A DNA stretch of 63,982 nt, filler included, from Asterionella formosa (GCA_002256025.1; 5 parts of 5 records of this genome joined end to end with filler, not necessarily neighbours in it), one strand, 5' to 3'. Counted from the first letter of the whole stretch, positions 49,869 through 61,833 are shown. Program-made: numbers and translations. The notes: generated by a model from the sequence alone, not told the origin.

Positions 49869-51746
49869 ATGTCCTCCTCGTTCAATGACGATCCTAATAA
49901 ACAGACCGCTGCCGGTGCCGCTGCCGCTGCCCCTTCAGTAAACATGGATGATGCCACGATCGCCCAAGTCCTTCAGTGTATGGACACGTTGACGTCGTTC
50001 TTCAATTTCACCCCCGAGGTAGCGCAGGAAGCCATCGAAGCCGTTGGAACCGACGTCACTATGTGCTACAACTACATTCTTGATAAGGGATTGGGAAACG
50101 ATCAAGGAGGGCCCATCGTGCCAATTAGCGACTGCCCACATGTTAAGAATCACGTGAAACTGCCTGTGGAAGGCCTGCCGTCGCCGTATGCACGTTGCAG
50201 CCATGGGACAGCATCGTCCACACTAGGACGAGCAAAGGGCGAATTTATGGACGACGGAAGCTGCCCATCAGGAGAAAACTGGATCTGTCTAGAATGCGGC
50301 ATAGTTGGTTGCTCGAGGTATATCAATGGTCATGGATTAATGCACTACGAAGAATCCCTCAAATCAGAAGAAACGAAAGGGAAAGATGGCGCAGGGCACT
50401 GTATTGCTGTGTCCTTGGCAGACTTGTCAGTTTGGTGTCATGCCTGCTCTGCATATCTCAAAGATCCTTCTTTAGTTCATCTGGTGGCGAAGCTAGAAAA
50501 ACTAAAGTTTGGAATCGAAGGCAAGGATAAAAGCGAAGAGGAAATAGAGAAACACGAGGAAGACGAGGAAGAGGGGGCAGGGATCCAGCAAGAAAGTGAA
50601 AGGTCATCACAATCATCATCAGACGACGAAAGTGAAGAGGAGAAACAGCCAGCAGCATTAACGGCTCCATCGCGAGGATTGCCGTTATGGAATGGTTTCT
50701 ACAGTCAGTCAGACAGTGAGGAAGATATTGAATATCCATTTGCATCTTGTCCATCGAGTCTCAGGGATGTTGCTGCTTTTATAAAGTCTGACAGATGTAA
50801 GTCCATTGTCATTCTTGCTGGAGCAGGTTTATCAACTAGCAGTGGCATTCCTGATTTCCGGTCCGTTGGAGGGCTCTACGATACACTTCAACCAGACCTT
50901 TTAACAGCATCCGAACCCCAACGAGCAGCGATCCGAATGGATCCTACGGTTGCTCTGAATCTGCACCTGTTCTTGGAGAATCCTTTGCCCTGCTTAGAGC
51001 TGAACAGACCCTTTATACTGGGAACCCGAGATCAAAAATGGAAAGCCACCTTGGGACATCGCTTTGTGGAGCTCCTTTATGTCAAAACAGGGAAATTGAC
51101 TCGAATGTATACACAAAACATAGATGGTCTTGAAGGCCAATGTGAGCAGCTCCCTCGAGAGAAGGTGATTGCAGTACACGGTAGCATGAATGAAGCCGAA
51201 TGTGCTAGGTGTGGAAGCGTATCGGACTTCCAAGAATTTTGTACTTTGTTGGAACGCAACATTAAAGATATTACTGGAGAAGACCTACATGCGCCCAAAG
51301 AATCGCAAGGGATTGCTTGTAGCGTTTGTAGTTACCAGGCACTTAAGCCATCAATTGTGCTGTTCAGGTCACCGCTACCAAAAGTGTTCTTCCAAAATGC
51401 TTCCCAGGATATCCCTCATGTTGATTTGTTGATTGTTATTGGAACATCGCTCGCTGTCGCTCCAGCCAACTCACTCATCGTTCGAGTGCCCAAAACTGCG
51501 ATGCGGGTTGTTGTTAACCAAGAGCCTGTGGGGTTTCAGCTTGGTATAGACTACAGTGATGAAGCAGAGCGAGATTTTTTCGCAAAGGGAGATGCTGACG
51601 CTGTTTTGTTAGATCTAATGGTGGAATTAGGTTGGTTGGACGATCTCATTCCAATCCTCAACAGCGAGAGTCTGGCACCAGCGAGCGCTGCAATACTTAA
51701 GGCTCGTCTAGATCGCGAAGGCAAAGTGTCCACCAATAGCTTGTGA
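49869..51746 (+). CDS. Class I (SIRT2/Hst2-like) sirtuin with N-terminal UBA-like helix bundle and ZnF-UBP domain
   Basis: CPH...ENWICLECG.VGCSRYINGH...H...H...SLADLSVWCHAC.AY (ZnF-UBP); acidic linker; GAGLSTSSGIPDFRS, YTQNIDGLE, VHGS, CARC...CSVC, KPSIVLF, GTSLAVAPAN. Confidence 0.9.
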   Translation: MSSSFNDDPNKQTAAGAAAAAPSVNMDDATIAQVLQCMDTLTSFFNFTPEVAQEAIEAVGTDVTMCYNYILDKGLGNDQGGPIVPISDCPHVKNHVKLPVEGLPSPYARCSHGTASSTLGRAKGEFMDDGSCPSGENWICLECGIVGCSRYINGHGLMHYEESLKSEETKGKDGAGHCIAVSLADLSVWCHACSAYLKDPSLVHLVAKLEKLKFGIEGKDKSEEEIEKHEEDEEEGAGIQQESERSSQSSSDDESEEEKQPAALTAPSRGLPLWNGFYSQSDSEEDIEYPFASCPSSLRDVAAFIKSDRCKSIVILAGAGLSTSSGIPDFRSVGGLYDTLQPDLLTASEPQRAAIRMDPTVALNLHLFLENPLPCLELNRPFILGTRDQKWKATLGHRFVELLYVKTGKLTRMYTQNIDGLEGQCEQLPREKVIAVHGSMNEAECARCGSVSDFQEFCTLLERNIKDITGEDLHAPKESQGIACSVCSYQALKPSIVLFRSPLPKVFFQNASQDIPHVDLLIVIGTSLAVAPANSLIVRVPKTAMRVVVNQEPVGFQLGIDYSDEAERDFFAKGDADAVLLDLMVELGWLDDLIPILNSESLAPASAAILKARLDREGKVSTNSL

Positions 51747-51897
51747 ATAATAAGTATAGCAAAGTTTTTCAGGTACAATTTTGATTCAGTTTTTTCANNN
51801 NNNNNNNNNNNNNNNNNNNNNNNNNNNNNNNNNNNNNNNNNTTAATTAATTAANNNNNNNNNNNNNNNNNNNNNNNNNNNNNNNNNNNNNNNNNNNN

Positions 51898-54800
51898 GAG
51901 GATCGTTTTCCTTAATACATGAACGGGTTATGCCTCAAGGCATTTCTTTGTCTGACGAGACATCCCAATTAATACATACCATAGCTGGTACTTATTCATT
52001 TCATGCCAGTGTCATGCTATATGACCTAATTTTACCAGAATTTAATCGATCCGCTCATATTTTACAACAAAAGTGTCAAGTCTTTAATGGTCTATGCACA
52101 TTCGATGTTATTTTAGAACGTGATTTCCTCCGTCAAGTTGGTTTAACCATTGATTTTGTAAATGACACCATGTCTTGTATGGATATGATTGTTCCTATGC
52201 ATCCTCTCACATTCTTTGATGATAGAGAACGTTTACGAGATGTATTATTATATTTTGATGCACCTATGATTGTGGAATCTTTATATGCGCTGGAAATTAA
52301 AGCTGCTGAATATAATTACGTAAATATTGATACAGTGGTGGATAAACAGATACATTTGACAACAATACAACGATCATGTTTACGAACTATATTGGTTAAA
52401 TATCAAACATTATTTGATGGCAAATTAAAAGTCTATCCTCATAAACAGGTACATTTGGAATTATTATCAAATGCTGTCCCTCGTCATCAACGAGCATATG
52501 CATCCGGTCGCTCATATTCATTTAGAAGTTTTCAAAACAGAATTACAACGATTATGTGATATTGGAGTCCTACAAAAATGTGGTGCTTCTAAATGGGCAT
52601 CTCCCACTTTTATTATTCCAAAAAAGGATGGAAGTGTCCGATGGGTATCAGATTTTCGTGATCTTAATAAAGTCATCAATCGCAATATATATCCTTTGCC
52701 TCGAATACAAACTATTCTCACTAAACGTGCTGGATATGTACTTTTCACCAAATTAGATGTTTCCATGCAATACTATACTTTTGCATTGGATGTGGAGAGT
52801 CAAAACTTATGTGTTATTTCAACTCCATTTGGTTTATATAAATATTTATGTCTCCCTATGGGGGTGAAACAATCATCTGATATCGCACAAGAAACTATGG
52901 AACAGATCCTTAGTGATTTAGATGATGTAGAAATTTATATTGATGATGTGGGTTGTTTTTCAATGAATTTTTCGGATCACCTTCATTTATTGGACACTAT
53001 TTTACATCGTTTACAGACAAATGGTTTTACAATTAATCCATCTAAGTGTGAATGGGCCGTCCAAGAGACAGATTGGCTAGGCTATTGGTTAACTTTTAAT
53101 GGACTGAAACCTTGGTCTAAAAAGGTCCGAGCATTGATTAATATGTCTTCACCTACCAATCTTAAACAAGTTCGATCATTTCTCGGTGCTGTTACTTACT
53201 ATCGAGACATGTTTCCTAGACGATCTCATGTTCTTGGACCACTTACGGATTTAATTGGAGCTAGTCCATTTATCTGGTTACCTATACATTAACAAGCTTT
53301 TGAAGAAATGAAAGCATTGTTAGTTGCAGATACACTCATGCGTTATCCTGACCATAATCTTCCTTTTCATATCTTTACTGATGCCTCTGATTATCAATTA
53401 GGGTCGGTCATTATGCAAAATGATCTCCCAGTTGCTTATTATTCTCGCAAATTATCTGCTGCTCAAAAGAATTATACTACTATTGAAAAAGAATTACTTT
53501 CTGTGGTAGAAACTTTTTAAGAATTTCGCTCTATGTTATTGGGCGCAGTTCTCCATGTTCACACTGATCATCGAAATCTTATTTATAATACTTGACATAC
53601 TCAACGTGTTCTACAATGGAGACTTAATATTGAAGAATATCATCCTTCTTTTCACTACGTGAAAGGGATTGACAATGCTATTGCAGATTCCATCTCTCGC
53701 CTCCCAAGGCTTGAGTCTTTGGTGGGGGATGATATTGATATTGGACCGAAATCTCCAACATCAACTTCCACTTCTACTTTTTCAATTGAATTAGATGATG
53801 AACCTTTGCTTACATGTTTCCTTAATCATCCCATCTTGACAGACAATATTCAATATCCTCTGGATTATACTAATTTAATACATGATAGACAATTGCTGGA
53901 TATAAAATTGATTCTCAATCAACAAACACATCCATTACAATTTCCTTCTATCAATTTTCATGATATATTTTTTTATTATGTTTCGTGAAGAATCCAGGAG
54001 ATACTTGGCGTATTGCTATTCCTACATCATTATTGGATCCTACTATTAATTGGTATCATCAGATGTTAGCTCATGTGGGTATGACAAGATTAAATGCTAC
54101 AATTGCTACACATTTTTATCACCCACATTAAAAGCAAGAGTGGAACAGCCATATTGTAAGCATACTATGTGAAGCATGTCAACATACAAAATTACCTGGT
54201 ACTGGTTTTGGTGAACTTCCACCCAGGAATGCATTGTTATTACCATGGCCAGAAGTCGCAGTAGATCTAATTGGTCCATGGAAGATAACAGTGGCTGTTC
54301 AAGCGATTAAATTTCGTGCTCTAACTTGTATTGACACAGTCACCAATTTAGCAGAAATTTTACATATCAATTATAAAACATTAGAAAATATTGCGATGTA
54401 ATTTGAAAATGATTGGTTAGCCAGACATCCCAGTCCAGAACGTTGTATACATGACAATGGAGGTGAATTCACTGGTGTTCCTTTCTTACACATGTTAGTA
54501 TTGAATGGAATCAAAGATGTGACTACTACAATAAAGAATCCACAAGCAAATGCTATCTGTGAACGTTTACATCAATCTATCAGCAATAGTCTACGAGTTA
54601 TGTTAAAGGCTCGTCGTGCTAATTTCCGTCGTCGATCTTATGATTACAAAGTGGGTGACGAGATTTTAATATTATTGGATAATCCTACTACTTTGGATGA
54701 TCGTGGACGAGGTCCTTATACTATTATTCAAGTACATGCCAATGGTACAGTTACTTTTCAACGCACCATGTACATTACAGAACGAATTAATATTAGTCGT

Positions 54801-55042
54801 ATCAAACCTTTTCGTAGGTAAAAGGTTTTCCCTGAAGTGTGGGAGAGTGAGCAATCCTGCACATCGATACAAATATATATAGGGTTAGGGTTATATCAAA
54901 TATATCGGAGCTCAATAATGAGAGAACTCGACTAACACCTATTCTATACTTTGATGTCAACTTAGGAAATGAGTTGTACATAAGGATTAATTAATAAGCT
55001 TATATATTCAATAAATACTTCTACTTCTAGTTAGATACCTCA
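51898..55042 (+). mobile_element. Gypsy LTR retrotransposon (decayed pol, PPT, 3' LTR 54848-55042)
   Basis: WASPTFIIPKKDG, VSDFR.LN, YPLP, LPMG, YIDD (RT); [10 protein letters not shown] (RNase H); VAVDLIGPW, HDNGGEF, NPQANAICER (integrase). RT-RH-IN order. PPT GTGGGAGAG, then a TG...CA LTR. Stops, frameshifts and a ~210 bp deletion near 54612. Confidence 0.92.
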
Positions 55043-55254
55043 CCTGCTACCTGGTACCAGGTACCTGGTACCGTAAATCCCTTGCTCAGTCAGGCCTTAC
55101 ACAACGCTCCTGTCTCCTCGTGTACATCCGGTACTACGCACTACATAAAATATTTTACATATGCAGAAAAGAAAACATATTATTTTTCTATTAGAAGATA
55201 TTTTTTGTATTCGCCGGTATGGCTGCAATAAAGATCAGGGTACCTGGTACCTGG

Positions 55255-56459
55255 TAAAGTATTTAACTAGAAGTAGTATTTGTTGAATACAGAGCTTATT
55301 AATTAATTCTTATGTACAACTCGTTTCCTAAGTTGACATCAAAGTATATGTACAATAGGTGTTATTTGAGTTCTCTCATTATTGAGTTCTGATATATTTG
55401 ATATAACCCCTAACCCTATATACATCTGTATCAATGTGCAGGATCGCTCACTCTCCCAGCCTTAAGGGAAAACCTTTTACCAATGAAAAGGTTTGATACG
55501 ACGAATATTGATTCGTTCTGTAATATGCATAGTTCATTGAAAAGTAACTGTACCATCGGCATGTACTTGAATAATAGTATAAGGACCTCGTCCACAATCA
55601 TCCAAAGTAGTAGGATTATCCAATAGTATTAAAATCTCGTCACCCACTTTGTAATCATAAGATCGACGACGGAAATTAACACGATGTAAACGTTCGTAAA
55701 TTATCACTTGCCGACGTTGATGTTTTAATTGTAAATCTGTAATCAAAGGAATATATAATATCATATCACGTTGAAAAACCCATGCTCCTGGTGAAATACG
55801 TAATATACTATGAATAGTAGCTCAAGCTGCATATGATGCAAAAGCTAAACATGTATCCATAATGTTCTGAGCTTGAAATTTATTGATTGGAGGATGAGCC
55901 TTTAACAGAACTCGTAGACTGTTTTCTGGTAGATTGATGTAAACTTTCACAGATAGCATTTGCTTGTGGATTCTTGACTGTAGTAGTCACATCTTTAATT
56001 CAATTCAACACTAACATGTGTAAGAAAGGAACACCAGTGAATTCACCTCCATTGTCATGTATACAACGTTCTGGACTGGGATGTCTGGCTAACCAATCAT
56101 TTTCAAATTACATCGCAATATTTTCTGATGTTTTATAATTGATATGTAAAATTTCTGCTAAATTGGTGACTGTGTCAATACAAGTTAGAGCACGAAATTT
56201 AATCGCTTGAACAGCCACTGTTATCTTCCATGGACCAATTAGATCTACTGCGACTTCTGGCCATGGTAATAACAATGCATTCCTGGGTGGAAGTTCACCA
56301 AAACCAGTACCAGGTAATTTTGTATGTTGACATGCTTCACATAGTATGCTTACAATATGGCTGTTCCACTCTTGCTTTTAATGTGGGTGATAAAAATGTG
56401 TAGCAATTGTAGCATTTAATCTTGTCATACCCACATGAGCTAACGTCTGATGATACCAA
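55255..56459 (-). mobile_element. Second gypsy copy (integrase 3' part, PPT, LTR 55450-55255), inverted tail-to-tail
   Basis: Reverse complement of about 54050-55042; retains the segment deleted from the + copy; truncated at 56460 by a CGTCTG-ended element. Confidence 0.9.
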
Positions 56460-57450
56460 CGTCTGCAAATAAAAAGTATCATGCATATAGGATCAAGGGT
56501 ATCGTATGCTAAGTGGCACAGGATTTTCGTATATATGATAATTTTTGGATCAAAACTATGATCAAGGTATCTTGTAAGTATGATGGTTTATTAATATTTT
56601 ACCGACCTTGAAGTATAATGATAATAAGAACATTATCATCACACAATGTATATAAACTGAACAACAACAGTTCTCATCAATATCATAAACCTTCTCATAT
56701 TATTTTCACTTCTCGTGATCGCCCGATGTAAATTATAACTACAACGCATCCTAAAATCAGATAAACTCTATGCTATCATGTGAATTGTTTCATCGTATAT
56801 CTATCTTAAACATGATCATAATACTAATCACAAGCATTGTTCAAAATAGATTGAAATGGATTGTAATTTAACTATCAAATTTAGCAATCGTCTGTAAATT
56901 AAAAAAAGTTGTTGACAACAACTAGAATTTTTTGACAATGACTAGAAACTGCTGACTACGACTAGAAATTGCTGACTACCGGTATAAATAGAGGGTAGCT
57001 ACTGATTGGTGAATTCCATTAGCAAATTCCAACATCCAGTTGCTGAATACCATTAAGAGTAGTAGTATGTGAACACAATTTCGATGACCAGCCAGAACAC
57101 AACTTGAATTTAATGAATAATAATTTAAAATTGAACAAAGTGAGCGCGCTTCGATATTAAAAAAATTATTGCATGTATATTAAAACATAAATGTTTGTAC
57201 TCATTTGTGTTGACCAAATTTTTAACAGTTAAAAATAACAGTGCATTATATAAAATTATGTATATTCATATATGACTACATATACATCTGTAAATAAAAA
57301 ACAGTTAGGCCTAACAGTTTTGCTGTAAGACCCACTGCCCCAAAAATTCTCAGTATGACGAATTAGTTTTTGATTGATCATACAGAAAATCTGATTGATC
57401 ATACAGAAATACTGATTGATCATACAAAAAAACTGATTGATATCAACTAA
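56460..57450. mobile_element. Three nested termini of the unclassified CGTCTG family with subterminal tandem repeats
   Basis: CGTCTGCAAATAAAAA (56460), CGTCTGTAAATTAAAAA (56889, followed by ~20-nt ACTAGAAA..GCTGAC repeats), CATCTGTAAATAAAAAA (57285, followed by four ~21-nt TGATTGATCATACAGAAA repeats). Confidence 0.65.
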
Positions 57451-57491
57451 CGTTTTGGTGTTCGATCTAAAGATAGTAATTGTGAGACCTA

Positions 57492-58320
57492 ATCAGTTAT
57501 TCATTCTGTCTAACCTTTGGAATGCTAATATCAAATAGAATTTTTAGCTTTCGATGTAACATTCATTACTACTGATCTAACTTATTTATCTCATTGATCA
57601 AACCTACTATCATGTTCGATCAATGATGAACACAAATCGAATTTAATGGATTGCTATTTAATACACAAATATTCTACTTCTGGTCACCCATACTTTCCAC
57701 TTTGCATCCTCTATCAGAATGAGCACACAGTGGTCTTCAATCATACCTTAATTTTCACTATGTTTAGATCATTGCCTTTTAAAAATGAAATGAGAGAGTA
57801 AACGAAATTGATGATGCTTTATTCGAACCTCTACCATTGCGAATGGTAGCAAGTCACATTCTCCAATGTTCACTTTATGCATATAGCTTACCTGTCCTCT
57901 CATGGTTGATTGTTATCATGAGATCATATCAGTTATTCATTCGGTTTAACCTTTGGAATGCTAATATCAAATAGAATTTTCAGCTTTCGATCTAACGTTC
58001 ATTACTACTGATCTAACTTATTTATCTCATTGATCAAACCTATTATCATGTTCGATCAACGATGGACACAAATCGAATTAAACGGATGGCTTTTCAACAC
58101 TCAAATATTCTACTTCTGGTCACCTATGCTTTCCGCTGTGCATCCTCTATCAGAATGAGCACACAGTGGTCTTCAATCATACCTTAATTTTCACTTCCGG
58201 TAGCTATGTTTAGATCATTGCCTTTTCAAAATGAAATGAGAGAGTAAACGAAATTGATGATGCTTTATTCGAACCTCTACCATTGCGAATGGCAGCAAGT
58301 CTCATTCTCCAATGTTCTTG
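57492..58320. repeat. ~436 bp direct tandem duplication
   Basis: atcagttattcattc... starts at 57492 and 57928, with high identity over ~380 bp. Confidence 0.85.
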
Positions 58321-59570
58321 TACGACTTTCCTGTAAGAGATAATAACAACAATGTTAGCAAAACTGTGGTTGCATCAAGTATGCAAGGCATCTAAACGTA
58401 GATATGTGCAACGAAACGATCACATGAACAATCCATCACTCCAATTTCCGTATGAGCAGGCAATGTGTATATAACTTACCTGTGCTCTCATGGTTGATTG
58501 TTGCTTCCATTAAGAATGGTAGCAAGCCACATTCTCCAAGGTTCCTGTATGATTTTGAAGAGATAATATCAATGTTAGCAAAAGTGTTGCAACGATTAAA
58601 GCATCTCCAGCCACACATGTGCCACGAACGGATGACATAAACAATCTATATAATGCACTTCACGTTCCAGCAATCGACATAACGAGCATCAAATGAGAGT
58701 ATAGAAACTTACCTATGCTCTCACTGTTGATGGATGGGTGACAGGTAGCGTTGTTAACTCTCACATCTGCATATATGGAAGGGAAAAATGTTATAAATGT
58801 CGAAATCCTAATTAATTGACACAGACAGACACTACAACAAAGCCTCTGCAGCATTGTGCGCAAACTTAATAAGTGCGGTTTCTTACCTCGTAATTAGGTT
58901 GATTTTTATCGTTCGTCCTGAGGAAGTGTAGAAACTTTGAGTGGTATCAGCGCATACAAACACAGATACAATTTTATAGTTGGCTTCCGGTCTCACACGG
59001 TACCGATCATAAGCCCCTTGGTAGCCACAGTTGAGAAGCAAAACAATCATATAACTTACCTCTTCTCACCGGTTGGTTTGATACCGGTAGAAGGCTCTCC
59101 ATCACCATTCCCTAATCAGTTTGTTATGTGGAATAGAATGCATTACCGGCATGAATTTTTTAACAATATCTCAACATTTCCTCTTCTTTAAAAAGTGTGT
59201 ATAACATACATCTTTGTATGTCTAATAACTTTTTCGATGTTACATGTTTATCCAATATGGCCGGCGTGGGTTTGCACGACCTCGCAAACCAGGCCAATCA
59301 AACAGAGGAATGTACTTCATGCTCACCAATCATGTTATATATGTGGAAGCGGGTACTTACAATGGAATTTTTTGGACAGGAGATTTTAGGACTAAAAATT
59401 CCGGCGCACGACTGCCATTCCGATGATGACGTTTCGGCAATTAATAATTCTGATTCGGATATTTTGGCGACCGTAGAAAAGGCCGACTTTGTCGAGTTTT
59501 CGGACGACGATAGCTAAACGTTGGCTGGGTCTGACGGCGATTTAGATACATAGGTAAATTACAAATAGGA

Positions 59571-59726
59571 TCAGTATATAACTTCTGGCGAGAAACTGCC
59601 GAAAGGAACTTCGGTTTTTTTAACTATGCCAAATAAACAGATTTCCCCCGAATTTTCGAGTCTTTTTAGCATAGCTAAAAAACCGAAGTTCCTTTCTGCA
59701 GTTTCTGACCAGATCCTAGATACTGA
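59571..59726. repeat. Imperfect inverted repeat (~45 bp arms, ~30 bp loop)
   Basis: AGAAACTGCCGAAAGGAACTTCGGTTTTTTTAACTATGC (59591) versus GCATAGCTAAAAAACCGAAGTTCCTTTCTGCAGTTTCT (to 59706); outer TCAGTAT/ATACTGA. Confidence 0.85.
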
Positions 59727-59926
59727 CGATATATTGAGTGAACCTACACCCCTACTTTGTCCGAAGACTGTATTTAAGCATATGGAAAGGGTGTCTATTG
59801 GTGGAAGCTCCGTTGAGCGTTATACATATTTAATTTATATGTGAAAAGGACGTGTTTGATAAGTCTGACTGAATATTATTTTCTTAACCCTACCTCGAGC
59901 TAGGGGTTCAAATGCAGCATTCTTAA

Positions 59927-60085
59927 GGGTCGTTCTTATCATTTTCGATTTGGTATCATTTTTTTTGAAAAAGTATCATGCAACGGCTACTCGATTTAAA
60001 CCGAAAAAGTCTATTCTCCACAAAAATAAAAATAAAGTTGTATCACCAAAAAGTATCACGAAAATTCAACGGTTACGGGTGGCTA
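59927..60085 (+). mobile_element. PIF/Harbinger left terminus (related subfamily)
   Basis: TAA|GGGTCGTTCTTATCATT TIR and GTATCA subterminal repeats, similar to 25965 onward. Confidence 0.7.
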
Positions 60086-61833
60086 TAAACATGTGCTTTT
60101 CCTTCCAGACTACCAGTACATGCTGGTACCAAACCAGTCCTCAAACCATGGAAGAAATCTATGCGAAATATGAATATGGACTACTATAGTCAATAGTATT
60201 TGCACAGGTATTTGTTGTAGTGACGTGATCATTTTCGTATTCTATTGCCTAGTACGTGCTGGACGAGTGATATTAGATATGCACCGGTACCTAGTGATAG
60301 CCAAAGCCAACGTATTTGCACAGCTAGTATATGTTGTAGTCAAGTGATCATTTTGGTATTCTATTGCCTAGTACTTTATCATGAGTTCCCAAATATCAGT
60401 ACCAGGTACCTGGGTACCAAGCACCAAATACTTGTAATTAGATACCGGGTACATCTCCATGAACATGACTCAATCTGTGGTTGTCGTTCTTTGGTGTTGT
60501 GGCTGAACATTCCCACACACGGCCGCTACATATAATGATTGTATGTTGCTTCTTTGATGCACATACCGTAATAATTTTTATGTATATTATTTTGATTTCA
60601 ATAAAAGTATTGCCCTGCAGGCTTATTTTCGGTTATCTTGCTTGTCAGTGACAATGGAAATGATACCCGCGTGAAAAAAGCTTTGGCAAAGCTTTGGATG
60701 ATTTGAAACGGAGATACCTCTAGCTTCATCGTGTTATTCCACGAGAGATTTGTTGAAATATTTGGACAGATATTTGCCAAAGCTACTCCAAAGCTTTGGC
60801 AAATCTTTTTTGAGACCAACTTCATCATGGCCTAGTTCAAAAACAAACCACGGTTTTCGTAAAATAGTCCACAAATATCCTTTACCGTATACTTTACCTG
60901 CAATAATACGCCTTTATAAATTGTCGTTCACGCTTTTTCCAGGTTGTGCCATTTATTCAAAATAGGAAATTCTTATGATTCATCCAAAGCTTTGGATATT
61001 TGGTACCATGTCGAAAGAACTACAAGGACGCCTCGTTTCCGTTGGTAGCAAATCTTTATAGCTGCTGATCTCTTCTTTCAAGCTTTGCCGGAATGAAGCT
61101 TAGTTCGGTTTGAGTCTCAGCCTAGGTGATTTCGAAATTTTTTCGAAATGGAATTCCAAATCTTTTTAGTCAAAATATGTCAAAATCTATCACAAAGCTT
61201 TGCCAAAGCTTTGGCATAGCTTTGATAGCTTTCATGATACCAATCGGTGGTTCTTCTATGGGTGATACACCACTACTCCTCGGAATATCTCCCCCTCACG
61301 CACAATAAGTGGCTGTTGGTGCATCTCAAAACCATTCTCCTCGTTATTACACATCATGCAGGCATAAATACGAATATGTCTACAAAGAGCAATTTTATTT
61401 GTAAATGAAAGACCAGGCATTGATATAGATGTCAGTACAATGCCTGGTACCCCTGCTGGTAATACATAATGATACACATGGTCTATTTACTTCCTGTTAA
61501 TAATACATTTTCTGCATGCTACCTGTACAACATGCTACTACGTATAGAGCTGATGTAAATACATAACAGACTTAGCAACCACGGGTACTCCGGAGTACAT
61601 AATTAGCAGTTGTAACTGATATTTTGAAATTTTCTGCCGCCACGGAATTTCCGGATAAGCATCAGATTGTTGCCCGGTATATACAGACCACCCGGGATAC
61701 CCGGATTGTAATTCTACTGACATCGTTCGGCAGTCCAAGAAGTGGTAACCTGGTATACCGTACCAGGGACCTGGTACCAGTCGTCTATCCCGGTACCAGG
61801 TCAGTTACCAGTAGTATTACCTGGTACCAGGTA

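Noticed and set aside
12892..51897. Repeated TTAATTAATTAA palindrome within N runs
   Set aside because: Artificial scaffolding linker with stops in all frames; not biological.
56905..57445. CRISPR-like short repeats
   Set aside because: Units are adjacent tandem copies without unique spacers, there are no cas genes, and the context is eukaryotic.
60590..61340. CAAAGCTTTGG-rich segment as Harbinger ORF2
   Set aside because: No intact ORF or Myb/SANT motif discernible; left unannotated.
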